From: Candidatus Poribacteria bacterium
Lineage (GTDB): Bacteria; Poribacteria; WGA-4E; UBA9662
Reading direction: 5' to 3'
Assembly (NCBI GenBank): GCA_046582655.1
Contig: JAYGDX010000010.1
Location: 1-26,307 of the forward strand
DNA: 26,307 nucleotides
How positions within the stretch are numbered: the stretch's first letter is position 1; every line of letters starts with the position of its first letter. Positions 8,149 to 17,944 of the stretch are shown here, piece by piece. The notes beneath the pieces were generated by a model, which was not told the origin of the DNA, did no database searches, and was given only the letters and a program-made list of their open reading frames with translations. The translations under genes and the position numbers were made by a program.

Positions 8149-9291
8149 ATGTTGCGAGTGCTAGTAATATCCCACTCCTACATCATGAAACCATACCGGC
8201 GAAAATTTGCGCTGATTGCTGAAAACACCAGCGTTAATGTCCGAGTCATATGTCCCGATCGATGGTTCGAGAGTTTTCAGGAAATTGTCTTTGAGCCGGA
8301 TTCGGAAACGCGTTGCGAAGAATTTGCCTGCCCAATTCGATTTTCCGGTTATGGAAGCCGGTTTTTCTATCGTGGCAATATCATTCCTCATTTCCGCGAT
8401 TTCCAGCCTGATATCATTCATCTTGAAGAAGAAGCTTGGAGTTTAAACGCCCTCCAGACGATCCGTTTCAAAAACAAGTATTGTTCTCAGAGTCGGTTCA
8501 TTTTCCGTACCTCCCTTAGTGTGGATATCAAGCAAAGATTCAGTTTTTTCCCTGTTTGGATAGAGAAAAAGGTTTTCAATCACACAGATATGGCATTTCC
8601 ACTGAGTGAGAATGGAGTCGATATTTTAAGACGTCGTGGTTACACCAGAGAGGTAACCGTTTTTCCAAACGGTGTCGATTTGCGTATGTTCTATAAAATG
8701 AACGTGGAAGATCTGCGATCTGAGTTGGGACTTGATCAAACCTTCGTGATTGGATATGTTGGTCGTATTCTCAGGATGAAGGGATTGAACACATTGATCG
8801 AAGCCGTTGCTAGGTTGGAAATGAATTGCAAGATTTTGCTGGTTGGACGTGGTGAATTCAGACCCGAACTGGAAAAACTAGCAGATCAACTTGCTATGTC
8901 TGAACGGATCATGTGGATCGATGGTGTGCCGCCTGAAGATGTACCAAGATATATAAATTGTATGGATGCGTTGGTTTTACCCTCACGAACGACACCCGAT
9001 TGGGTCGAATTTTTCGGTCGAGTCTTGGTAGAGGCAATGGCATGCCAAGTTCCGGTCATCGGCTCGGATTCGGGAGAAATTCCCAACGTGATTGGTAATG
9101 CAGGTTTAACTTTCCCCGAAGGAAAGGCGGATTTGCTAGCTGACCAAATCCAGATGATAGCTCAAGATCTTGCCCTACGATTAGATCTAATTCAACTTGG
9201 TTTAGAGCGTGTTAAAGAATTTTCTTGGGAAACCATTGCCCAACGTACGCTGGAGGTTTACCAAGACTTGGTTTTAGCGAACTTGGCATGA
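8149..9291 (+). CDS. GT4 family glycosyltransferase
   Basis: PDIIHLEEE, FPNGVD, IGYVGRILRMKG, and EFFGRVLVEAMACQVPVIGSDSGEIP (the GT4 Ex7E motif). Confidence 0.92.
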   Translation: MLRVLVISHSYIMKPYRRKFALIAENTSVNVRVICPDRWFESFQEIVFEPDSETRCEEFACPIRFSGYGSRFFYRGNIIPHFRDFQPDIIHLEEEAWSLNALQTIRFKNKYCSQSRFIFRTSLSVDIKQRFSFFPVWIEKKVFNHTDMAFPLSENGVDILRRRGYTREVTVFPNGVDLRMFYKMNVEDLRSELGLDQTFVIGYVGRILRMKGLNTLIEAVARLEMNCKILLVGRGEFRPELEKLADQLAMSERIMWIDGVPPEDVPRYINCMDALVLPSRTTPDWVEFFGRVLVEAMACQVPVIGSDSGEIPNVIGNAGLTFPEGKADLLADQIQMIAQDLALRLDLIQLGLERVKEFSWETIAQRTLEVYQDLVLANLA

Positions 9292-9306
9292 AAGTGTCGC
9301 TTGTTA

Positions 9307-9834
9307 TTACCTAATGACTTCCCAAGCCAGATGCTGGAGTTCTGGTTTAATCAGCTTCTCCCATGCCAATTCAACAGCTTTTGGGGAACCGGGTACTGAA
9401 ACGATCAACTTTCCTCGATAGACTCCGGCGGTTGCGCGTGAGAGCATAGCAGCGGCGCCGACCTGCTCATAACTCAGCATGCGAAACAACTCTCCAAAAC
9501 CAGTAAGTCGTTTCTCTAGTTTACGCTCGAGCACGTCAAAAGTGCGGTCGCGAGGTGTAATACCAGTACCACCATTGAAAATAATGATTCTTGCTTTCCC
9601 CCCAACAAGTTGTTCAAGTAGAACCTCAATCTGATCTGGTTCATCCTTCACGATATCGTAGTCGGTGATTGAATGACCATCTTTTACTAATTCTTTACGC
9701 AAGTAAATACCGTTAATGTCATCTTCGGGTGTTCGCGTGTCACTGACTGTTACAATGGCAACTGCAACAGATTCTTCCTGTTTAGCTGCCATCTGGCGAT
9801 GTGTGTCCGCGCCTTGCATGTTTTGATTCGACAT
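9307..9834 (-). CDS. moaB: Molybdenum cofactor biosynthesis protein MoaB/MogA family
   Basis: [50 protein letters not shown] and PGSPKAV. Confidence 0.92.
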   Translation of the reverse strand: MSNQNMQGADTHRQMAAKQEESVAVAIVTVSDTRTPEDDINGIYLRKELVKDGHSITDYDIVKDEPDQIEVLLEQLVGGKARIIIFNGGTGITPRDRTFDVLERKLEKRLTGFGELFRMLSYEQVGAAAMLSRATAGVYRGKLIVSVPGSPKAVELAWEKLIKPELQHLAWEVIR

Positions 9835-9853
9835 AATTTTTCGCTCCTAAGTT

Positions 9854-11059
9854 TTATCCTTTCGATTTTTCCACAAGTGATGCGTAAACAGATCTTAATT
9901 TTTCTCCGATCGCTTGCCATCCATAGTCGCGTTGGACTCGGCTTTGTCCTTTCTTACCCAACTGCCGACACCTGTCGGGATTTTCAAGCAATTCAACCAC
10001 TTTCGCCGCAAACTGACGGGGATTATCTTCGATGATGATTTCTTTGTTATTAATGAGACCTAGTCCTTCTGCACCAACCGAAGTTGAGACGACAGCTTTT
10101 TCCATCGCCAGTGCTTCAAGTATTTTTAGACGTGTACCACCGCCAATTCGGAGCGGTACGATGTAAACGGCGGATCGTGCTATGTAGGGTTTGACATCTT
10201 CAACACGTCCCGTAACCTCAATGTTGGGTAACTCCGATAGCTTCCTCACGTTTGCTGTGGGATGTTGCCCGACAATTAAGAATTTAATATTGGGGCGTTT
10301 CGAACGAATGATTGGCAATATTTCATCAACACAGTAAATGACAGCATCTTCATTTGGAAACCAATCCATACTACCGGTATACAGAAGTGTATCTGGTATT
10401 TTTTCATCGTGGTTGGGTTGATATAGATCAAGATCCACTCCGTTTGGAATGACATCGATTCGTAAGTTAGGACAGGATTCTTGTAGCCAATTCCGATCAG
10501 TTTCAGAAACACAGGTTGTGATAGAGAACTTTGGACTGATTAGTTTTTCGTATCGTCTAAAAGCTCGCTTCTGTGATAGATAAACTATTTTTTGTGCTGG
10601 ATTCTTCGCCTTTTCGCTGAGTCTCGCCCAAATATAAGAGTCAATATTCTGTGTGGAAAGAACTGTTGGCAAATTCACTTCGACTGAGAATTGGGTTGTA
10701 TGAAACATTTCGTAGTGGATTAGATCAAAGTCTTGGAATTGAATGAGTTCACCTAATTTTCGTCTGTAGGGCGAGAGATCATAACGCGTGACTGTAATGG
10801 GTTTTTTTTGAATGATAGATTTAGTGATAGTGCCTAACGATATTTTTGGTGGTGATGCTTGATGTGGCACGAGATAACAGGATATTCCCAAACTCTGCAG
10901 GTAAGCTATTCCTTCCTGATCAGTCGGTGCCGTCTCAAGCCCCAGAAAAGTAATCTGATCGGTTTTTGACACTTGGGTAAGCAGATTTAGTACGCGAATC
11001 CGCCCACCATCCGTAGCTGGAAACGGCACTGTAATCGAAAGGAAAAGAATCTTCATCAA
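9854..11059 (-). CDS. GT4 family glycosyltransferase (TIGR03087-like sugar transferase type)
   Basis: PFPATDGGRIR, IPNGVD, YTGSMDWFPNEDA and VPLRIGGGTRLKILEALAM. Confidence 0.9.
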   Translation of the reverse strand: MMKILFLSITVPFPATDGGRIRVLNLLTQVSKTDQITFLGLETAPTDQEGIAYLQSLGISCYLVPHQASPPKISLGTITKSIIQKKPITVTRYDLSPYRRKLGELIQFQDFDLIHYEMFHTTQFSVEVNLPTVLSTQNIDSYIWARLSEKAKNPAQKIVYLSQKRAFRRYEKLISPKFSITTCVSETDRNWLQESCPNLRIDVIPNGVDLDLYQPNHDEKIPDTLLYTGSMDWFPNEDAVIYCVDEILPIIRSKRPNIKFLIVGQHPTANVRKLSELPNIEVTGRVEDVKPYIARSAVYIVPLRIGGGTRLKILEALAMEKAVVSTSVGAEGLGLINNKEIIIEDNPRQFAAKVVELLENPDRCRQLGKKGQSRVQRDYGWQAIGEKLRSVYASLVEKSKG

Positions 11060-11062
11060 GAT

Positions 11063-12028
11063 TTAAGAAGCTATTGCCAAGGCCCTTATTTCGCCGAATT
11101 CACGTGTGAGTTTCTGCCACGAACTCCCATGGTCCATACTCCGGAAAATTTGACCACTTACACTGTAAGCTACGATTAAACCTTCTACCTGATCATTACA
11201 GGCGAAATTCCAAATCGTACTATTTGATGTGATACCTAAATCAGCGTGTTCCCATGAATTTCCCAAGTCAACAGTGTAGAAAATACCTCCTTCATCGCCA
11301 GGAGGCCCATTCCCTGCCCCAATGTAGACACGATTCTCTCCGTTTGGGCAATATAGTACTGCCCGCGTATACGACCATGGGAGGTGATCTTTCACTGTCA
11401 ATGGAGTCCAATATTTCAGGTTATCTGTTTGGCAGACATCGTTATTGGTAGCAACTATGATTTTTTTTTGTTGGCCGGGGATAACGGAAATGCCATGAAT
11501 ATCAAGGCTGCTGAGTCCTTCATTAATTGTTTCCCAATTTTCCCCGCCATCCGTGCTGCGCCGAAAACCATCAATCTCAATCCCTGCATAAACGATTTGG
11601 TCGTCTTCTGGATCAATGACAATTGATGTCACACGTGGAATAATCGCGCCGCCCGCGCATTCATCAGCAAGCTCAACATCAAGCCGCTTCCAAGTTTTAC
11701 CCCCGTCAGCGGACTTGAATAAATCCGATGGGCAGGTACCCGCAAAAATGGTGTCCGGATTCTTCGCACTAATTTCTATGTCCCATATTTGCAAATCGTT
11801 CATTTCTGAATCAACAAGTTGCCAAGTTTCCGCACTGTCTTCGGTATGGTAGAGACCGTTTTCTGTGCCGGCGAAGATCACAGACGAGTTACTTGGATCT
11901 ACGGCAATGGCACGGATATCAGCCTCTGCAAAGATACCGTTACTGGTACGTGTCCATGAATTGCCAATATCTTTACTCCGCCAAACACTTTGACCAATTG
12001 TGCCGATGTACATAATTGATTGTTTCAT
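11063..12028 (-). CDS. BNR/Asp-box repeat (YCF48/VPS10-like) beta-propeller protein without a signal peptide
   Basis: Repeated SxDxGxxW boxes: SKDIGNSW, TEDSAETW, SADGGKTW, STDGGENW, TVDLGNSW and SMDHGSSW. RBS AGGAG. Confidence 0.85.
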   Translation of the reverse strand: MKQSIMYIGTIGQSVWRSKDIGNSWTRTSNGIFAEADIRAIAVDPSNSSVIFAGTENGLYHTEDSAETWQLVDSEMNDLQIWDIEISAKNPDTIFAGTCPSDLFKSADGGKTWKRLDVELADECAGGAIIPRVTSIVIDPEDDQIVYAGIEIDGFRRSTDGGENWETINEGLSSLDIHGISVIPGQQKKIIVATNNDVCQTDNLKYWTPLTVKDHLPWSYTRAVLYCPNGENRVYIGAGNGPPGDEGGIFYTVDLGNSWEHADLGITSNSTIWNFACNDQVEGLIVAYSVSGQIFRSMDHGSSWQKLTREFGEIRALAIAS

Positions 12029-12045
12029 TTTCCGCTCCTTTTTAT

Positions 12046-13746
12046 TTATTGAGAATTAAGGTTCCCTGCACTGATTTGTCTGTCAAGGTAATAGATCTGC
12101 CAAAGGATGGTATTGGGGGCCATTCTTGGTGGCAGATACAGTTGGTAGACGTAATTATCTTGAATTTGCTGCATGGGGGTTTTTGAGACGAGCAATTTTT
12201 GATCGGTAAGAACTGAAATTTGCGGGGTCTCTGAGAGAATCTTTTTACTTAATACCATTAGAATCTCCCAATATCTGGAATGAATTGGGTTTTTCAATAC
12301 AAATGTTTGCGTCATCACCTCTCGGTCAACCTCAGCACGATAGTCGTATGGCGATATTGATTTCCCAAGCACGTTTGTCAATTCTTCAAGACTCGGTACC
12401 ACAACAACAGTATCAGCCATTTCATCAGTGGATGGTAGGATTTGGTTTCCTCTTCCACTGTTTGACAATTGTAAGTTATTTACATTTATTGGTCTTCCCC
12501 TTGCAAGCTCAATAGTTCTAATGTCAAATGGGAATCTCCCTCTACTTTCAAAATCGAAGGAGATTTGTTGTCCAATACGAAAGTTGGAGAATTCCAAATA
12601 GTGGGTAGCATAACCTTCCAGTCGATCTCCGGTTACATGTATTGGATACGATCGATGCTTACGGTGAGTTTTGACTTTTATGTTAATTTTTCGATACCCG
12701 AATCTTCCTTGATCAAAGATCTCGTCATCTAAGTAGTTTGCGACTTTCCAATCGCTGAATACTGAGGAGAAATTTTGCCTGAAACCATGTAGCTGTAATA
12801 CCTGATTAATTCCACTAATACCCACTGAACGGTTTTTGACTAATGAGGAGATAAAACTTGTCCCACCATAATGTTCATCCAGATAGAGTATCCATAGATA
12901 TGTTGCTCCATAACTCGGCAACTGGTTTTGGCCGTCTGCAGGCCAATTGGTTAATGAAGTATTAGGCTTCTGTCCAAACGCCTGGAGATGCTCAACCGAT
13001 GAATAGCCACATAGCAACATTGCATATTCCGAAATCCCCTCGTTAACCCAGATTTCTTCGTTCTGGTCATGTCTCCAGTGAATAAGGTGCTGAAATTCGT
13101 GCGCGACAGTGCCAAATCCCTCATTGCTCCCAACGTTGAGAGGATCAGTGTCAATGTAGATGATGTCTCGCTCATTGCTCCACATCTGTTTCTGTAACTG
13201 TGGGTGAATTAATTTGCCATGTGCTTGATCAATGGGATTGAAGTATCCACCGATAAATTCGCCTTGGAAGCGAAATCGATCTGGAATATCAAGTAATAGA
13301 ATATAGATTCGGTCGTCGTTGTCAATATTGGGAGGGTGACCGAACGCTTGGGTTTCTATCTGATAGATGCCGCGGTTTCCATCGGATAATGTTAGTTTTT
13401 CAAAGACACGATTGAGATTTTGAACAACTTTGGCGGTGATAGTTAGCTGCCACTGCGAATCCTCGACGAAAATGTAGCAAAAGTCGCCGATAGTCCGCAG
13501 TGTTGCTTTGGTTCGGTACTGATTATAATTTCTGAAATCAATCGCATAAAAAGAGACTTGATCTCCGACTTTGAGGACTTGTTTCTGGGCAGGTGATGAT
13601 GGTAGATCTACCGGTGGTATATTCCACAGATTAGAGGCACGCAGATCCGGAGTTCCACAGATCAATGCGATGGTATGGAATGGAAATAGATATGTGGAAG
13701 AAATGACCAGAAAGGCGAGTGTTTTTAAACTTAGCTGTTGAGTCAA
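12046..13746 (-). CDS. Secreted zinc metallopeptidase, M30 (hyicolysin)/M6-like
   Basis: TVAHEFQHLIH (HExxH) followed by WVNEGISEYA, plus IDNDDRIYILLLDI, GGYF and SYGATYLWILYL. Hydrophobic leader LAFLVISSTYLF precedes CGTP. Start taken at TTG 13746 (uncertain); the ORF track start 13866 overlaps the TPR gene. Confidence 0.8.
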   Translation of the reverse strand: MTQQLSLKTLAFLVISSTYLFPFHTIALICGTPDLRASNLWNIPPVDLPSSPAQKQVLKVGDQVSFYAIDFRNYNQYRTKATLRTIGDFCYIFVEDSQWQLTITAKVVQNLNRVFEKLTLSDGNRGIYQIETQAFGHPPNIDNDDRIYILLLDIPDRFRFQGEFIGGYFNPIDQAHGKLIHPQLQKQMWSNERDIIYIDTDPLNVGSNEGFGTVAHEFQHLIHWRHDQNEEIWVNEGISEYAMLLCGYSSVEHLQAFGQKPNTSLTNWPADGQNQLPSYGATYLWILYLDEHYGGTSFISSLVKNRSVGISGINQVLQLHGFRQNFSSVFSDWKVANYLDDEIFDQGRFGYRKINIKVKTHRKHRSYPIHVTGDRLEGYATHYLEFSNFRIGQQISFDFESRGRFPFDIRTIELARGRPINVNNLQLSNSGRGNQILPSTDEMADTVVVVPSLEELTNVLGKSISPYDYRAEVDREVMTQTFVLKNPIHSRYWEILMVLSKKILSETPQISVLTDQKLLVSKTPMQQIQDNYVYQLYLPPRMAPNTILWQIYYLDRQISAGNLNSQ

Positions 13747-13771
13747 CGTTAAAAAGTTACTATGACGTAAA

Positions 13772-15166
13772 TTACTTGATTTTCGTGTAGTATCTTTCAA
13801 TCTTCTGCCGGATTTTTTTGTTTTCTGGATTGAGTGTTTTAGCTTTTTGCCAGGCACCAATTGCATTGTTCTTCATGCCAATTTTTAGATAGATGTCACC
13901 TAAATGATCTTGGATTTCCCAACTCTCGGATTCGAATTTAACCGCTTTCTCAAGCTCAATTCGTGCTAGTTCGTCTTTACCCATCTTGAAGTATGTCCAA
14001 CCCAGACTATCCAAATAGGCTCCATTTTCCGGTTCTTTTTTCAGGGCAATTTGTATGATGTCAACAGCATATTCCAGGTTAGTACCGAGTTCAGCTAAGA
14101 GATAACCAAGTGCATTATAAGGTTCAGATCTATCAGGTGAGATCCGAATCGCATTCCGAAGATGAAATTCGGCTTTTTCAAAGTCCTTGATCTCTTGATA
14201 AGATAAACCGAGTATGTAGTTTGCATCAGCATGTTCAGGGTCTTCGATGAAAATTTTGTTAAGAGTTTCAATCGCCTGTTTCGGTCGATCCGCAGTCAGA
14301 TAAAGACTCCCGAGTCGAGCTCGAAAAATTCCAAGCATTTTATCAAACTGCCTTGGGATATTTGGAGCATATCGGCGCATTTTTGTATAGGCTGATATAG
14401 CCTTAGTAATTTTCTCTACAGCTGAATTGATCAATTCAGCTGTAGGATTATCAGTACTGTATATACTGTTTTCAGCAGGTTCATAGGATGCGATATAAAG
14501 CCGACCGAGCGACTCATGCCCTTGCCACATCGTATCATCAATTTTGACTGCACGTTCATATGACCTGATTGCTTCTTCACTGTCACCAAGGTCTTCGTAT
14601 GCATTTCCAAGTCTCAAGAAAAAAACAGGCTGATATGGCATAAGGCGCGTTAGTTGTTTAAATGCCTGTTTACCAAGCTCAGGATCTTCTTTAGTAGCAG
14701 CGATTTCACCTAGATATTGATAGGCATCAACATAATCGGGATCTAACTGTGTTACTTTCCTCAGTTGTTCAATAACAGGCTGCCAATTTTTCTGTCGGGA
14801 GTTTACTGTACGTTTAAACATCACTTGTGCCAGCAGAAAGCGTGGTAGCGGATTTTTAGGATTGATCTCAATCGCCCGACGAGATTCCTGATCGGCAGTG
14901 CGAATATCATGAATGGCCAAACTGACATTAGCGAGTTGGGCGTGGGTAAACGCAGAGGATGTGTGGAGATGGAGCACACGCTGATAGACGTCTCTTGCTT
15001 CTGGGAACCTTCTTGACGCACGCAAATAGGTTGCCCAGGTCAGATCTCTATATATTTTTTTAGCTTTTTCACGTTTGGGCTCAAGCGGACGGTCAATAAT
15101 TTCCTGAGCGAAAAGCACAGGAGTTAACAGGACGCAAATCGACATAGCAGCCAAGATTTTATACAT
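13772..15166 (-). CDS. Exported tetratricopeptide-repeat protein
   Basis: Signal peptide MYKILAAMSICVLLTPVLFA, multiple TPRs, and C-terminal YNALGYLLAE...NGAYLDSLGWTYFKMG...DHLGDIY typical of periplasmic TPR proteins. Start taken at ATG 15166. Confidence 0.88.
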   Translation of the reverse strand: MYKILAAMSICVLLTPVLFAQEIIDRPLEPKREKAKKIYRDLTWATYLRASRRFPEARDVYQRVLHLHTSSAFTHAQLANVSLAIHDIRTADQESRRAIEINPKNPLPRFLLAQVMFKRTVNSRQKNWQPVIEQLRKVTQLDPDYVDAYQYLGEIAATKEDPELGKQAFKQLTRLMPYQPVFFLRLGNAYEDLGDSEEAIRSYERAVKIDDTMWQGHESLGRLYIASYEPAENSIYSTDNPTAELINSAVEKITKAISAYTKMRRYAPNIPRQFDKMLGIFRARLGSLYLTADRPKQAIETLNKIFIEDPEHADANYILGLSYQEIKDFEKAEFHLRNAIRISPDRSEPYNALGYLLAELGTNLEYAVDIIQIALKKEPENGAYLDSLGWTYFKMGKDELARIELEKAVKFESESWEIQDHLGDIYLKIGMKNNAIGAWQKAKTLNPENKKIRQKIERYYTKIK

Positions 15167-15896
15167 TTTGACAATCCGAACTTGGTTGTTTTTGAAAAGA
15201 TGCAACTTCTTTTTGCTTTAGGTAACGATATTTTCCAATTGGTAGATTACCTAAAGACAAGTTCCCAATTCGCACACGTTTAAGATAGAGAACTTTGTGT
15301 CTAACTGTCTCAAACATCCTACGGATCTGACGTTTTTTTCCTTCATGGAGAATCAGCTTAAAATGGGTGTTTCCTCTGTTTTGGCCAATCTTTTGAACGA
15401 CTGCAGGTGCTGTTTTGCCACTCACAATTTGGATTCCCTCACGGAGTTGCTGAACGGATTTTTGGGAAGGGCTTCCGTCAACCCAAACCAGATAGGTCTT
15501 CTTAATCTTATTGCTTGGATGCAGAATTTGATGTGAAAAGCTACCATCGTTTGTCAAGATTAGCAACCCCTCTGTATTTAAGTCCAGTCGCCCTACAGGA
15601 TAAACTCTCTCTTCAATTATATCAACTAGGTCCATTACTGTAGGACGATTATATTGATCCGAAACGCTGGTGATGTAACCTTCCGGTTTATTCAACATCA
15701 GGTAAATTGGTGCAGGCTTCTCGAGGACTCTGCGTCCATCAAATTGGATGAGATCCTTTTTTTGATCAATGTGTCTGCCGGGAATAAAAACTTGTTTTCC
15801 ATTGATTTTGACCTGCCCATCAATAACATACTGCTTGGCAAGACGACGAGAACCAATACCTCGTTCGGCAAGAAATTTTTCAAGTCGAATTCTCAT
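15159..15896 (-). CDS. rluB: rRNA pseudouridine synthase, RsuA/RluB family
   Basis: S4 domain RLEKFLAERGIGSRR, LNKPEG, catalytic GRLD (YPVGRLDLNTEGLLILTNDG) and EGKKRQIRRM. Start taken at ATG 15896. The rluB versus rsuA/rluE assignment is not certain. Confidence 0.9.
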   Translation of the reverse strand: MRIRLEKFLAERGIGSRRLAKQYVIDGQVKINGKQVFIPGRHIDQKKDLIQFDGRRVLEKPAPIYLMLNKPEGYITSVSDQYNRPTVMDLVDIIEERVYPVGRLDLNTEGLLILTNDGSFSHQILHPSNKIKKTYLVWVDGSPSQKSVQQLREGIQIVSGKTAPAVVQKIGQNRGNTHFKLILHEGKKRQIRRMFETVRHKVLYLKRVRIGNLSLGNLPIGKYRYLKQKEVASFQKQPSSDCQNV

Positions 15897-16530
15897 GGAA
15901 CATCTCGATCTGCCAATTGTTAGCAAGTGATATTCGTCTCAAACCCCGATCAGGATTTACGGCAACTGGGTTTCCAAAAAGTTGAAGCTTGTAATGGTCA
16001 GAATGGTGGTTTCCATAAGCATAAGATCGATTAAGATCTAAGTTATGTTGTTCGGCTAGTTGTTGTACAACAGTTGCTTTATTTTCTGCATACAGATTAG
16101 TACCTGTCAACTGCCCGCAGATTTTTCCATCTTTAACTTCTAAAGTGTTTCCGATAGCCTGATCAACCTCAAGTTGCTCACCAAAAAAACTGACCAAAAT
16201 CTTGAGTGATCCCGACAAAATAAAAACCATATGGCCGTTGTCACGATGCCATTTAATCAAATCGTAGACCCTTGGAGATATATGATTTATCAAGTATTCG
16301 TCGACGCAGAACTTCGCAATATCACAAACGTACTGGAAATCGAGTCCGCGAAGATAAACCTTGTTCGCTTTTGCTCGACGGAGATTAGTAGTTCTGATAA
16401 GATATGTTCCCCAACTCACTAAATTGCCAAATGGTAATACTCCTCGCTTGAGCATCTCCTTAAAGAAAACGTTCTCTGATGAATTATCGATGATTGTACC
16501 ATCGAGATCGAAAACCGCGCATACCCTCAT
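15880..16530 (-). CDS. HAD-superfamily subfamily IB hydrolase (SerB-like)
   Basis: Motif I FDLDGT, motif II LSGS, Lys in ENKA, a motif IV variant SYAYGNHHSD, and PVAVNPD. Confidence 0.88.
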   Translation of the reverse strand: MRVCAVFDLDGTIIDNSSENVFFKEMLKRGVLPFGNLVSWGTYLIRTTNLRRAKANKVYLRGLDFQYVCDIAKFCVDEYLINHISPRVYDLIKWHRDNGHMVFILSGSLKILVSFFGEQLEVDQAIGNTLEVKDGKICGQLTGTNLYAENKATVVQQLAEQHNLDLNRSYAYGNHHSDHYKLQLFGNPVAVNPDRGLRRISLANNWQIEMFHENST

Positions 16531-16544
16531 AAACGCTCCAGATC

Positions 16545-17585
16545 CTAAGCTAATTTAAGATTTGCTTGATGGCCCTCTTCAATGAAGGCGGTCATCAGGT
16601 CGACTGAACCTTTGAGGTCTGATTTGTTGATAGTCTCGACACTGCTATGAATATAGCGCGTGGGTGTGGAGATCGTTGCTACTGGTACACCCGCCCTTGA
16701 TTTTTGCATGGCGGCTGAGTCAGTTCCTCCTCGTGGTAGAATCTCGTGTTGCCACGGAATTTCACGTTTATCAGCCAAATCTTGCAGGAACTTAACCAGT
16801 TTTGGATGCTGAATGGCCGAGGAATCAAAGATCTTAATTGCTGTTCCTTCTCCAAGTTCGGTGATCTTTTCACGGTCGTTAACTCCCGGCGTATCGGTTG
16901 CCAGTGTTGTGTCGAGACAAATGCCTACATCTGGGTTAATACCAAAGGCACTTGTGGTGGCGCCTCGCAAACCAATCTCCTCCTGTGAAGTGGCCACGGC
17001 GTAGATCTCGACTCCATATTTTTCGGCGTTCTGCATTGCTTTGATCATAATGTAGACAGCAACACGATTATCCATAGCTTTACAGGAAACACATTCACCT
17101 AGTTCAATAAAATTACGTTTCAAAGTCACTGGTGTACCAATCTGTACCTTCTCCTTAACTTTATCACCGGATAGCCCCAAATCGACGATAAAATCCTGGA
17201 CCTCTAGTTTTTTATTTCGATCCTCAGGATTCTGAATATGAGGAGGTTTGATACCAGGATAAAGAATCCCAACTAGATCTCCTTCATCAGCACACACCCT
17301 GACATGTTGGGCAACCATGTTTCGTGGGTCATGACCACCCAGGGCAACAATCCGAATCCACCCTTTTTCCTCAATGTGCGAAACAACAAAGCCGATTTCG
17401 TCCATATGGGCAGCGATCATTAGCTTTGTTGCGCCTGATTTTTTTTTGATGCATAATATGTTTCCCATTGAATCGACAGCAATCTCATCTACGATTGGTT
17501 CAAGTTCACGTCGAACGATTTTCCGTATTCGTTCTTCCCTACCGGGAATTCCTGAACTTTCGCAGAGTTCTTTCAAAAGTTCCAT
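16545..17585 (-). CDS. M42 family metallo-aminopeptidase
   Basis: AAHMDEIG, KAMDNR, QEEIGLRGA, CLDTT, GGTD and RYIHS metal-ligand motifs. Confidence 0.93.
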   Translation of the reverse strand: MELLKELCESSGIPGREERIRKIVRRELEPIVDEIAVDSMGNILCIKKKSGATKLMIAAHMDEIGFVVSHIEEKGWIRIVALGGHDPRNMVAQHVRVCADEGDLVGILYPGIKPPHIQNPEDRNKKLEVQDFIVDLGLSGDKVKEKVQIGTPVTLKRNFIELGECVSCKAMDNRVAVYIMIKAMQNAEKYGVEIYAVATSQEEIGLRGATTSAFGINPDVGICLDTTLATDTPGVNDREKITELGEGTAIKIFDSSAIQHPKLVKFLQDLADKREIPWQHEILPRGGTDSAAMQKSRAGVPVATISTPTRYIHSSVETINKSDLKGSVDLMTAFIEEGHQANLKLA

Positions 17586-17608
17586 AATCTTCCTTTCTTG
17601 ATTATTGA

Positions 17609-17923
17609 TTATGATTTGGCAATAATTACTGCGTACCGTAGTGGTACATCTCCAACATTACGAATGCCGTGCGGGACTTGACAATCGACAAGAATTGCGT
17701 GATTGTTTTTCAAAATATGGGTCTGATCGCCAAATACGATTTCACCTTTGCCTGAAAAGACGTAAAAAATTTCTTGACCCTCGTGTTGGTGTGGTGCATG
17801 CATACTTTGGTTGGGACCAACCTCTGAAATGTGCATGTGAAGCTTGCTATTATCAAGTCCGTTTTCGAAAATAAATCGATCTATCCCTTTGATATCGTTT
17901 CTAATTTCAGCTTTCATTAACAA
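17609..17923 (-). CDS. Cupin-domain protein (Cupin_2 type)
   Basis: HAPHQHEGQEIFYVFSGKG and PHGIRN cupin motifs. GGAG lies upstream. Confidence 0.88.
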   Translation of the reverse strand: MLMKAEIRNDIKGIDRFIFENGLDNSKLHMHISEVGPNQSMHAPHQHEGQEIFYVFSGKGEIVFGDQTHILKNNHAILVDCQVPHGIRNVGDVPLRYAVIIAKS

Positions 17924-17944
17924 GGATCTCCAAGTAGTAATTTT

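Noticed and set aside
13747..13866. Long overlap between the peptidase ORF and the TPR gene
   Set aside because: Most simply an ORF-caller extension. A downstream TTG start before the hydrophobic leader removes the overlap.
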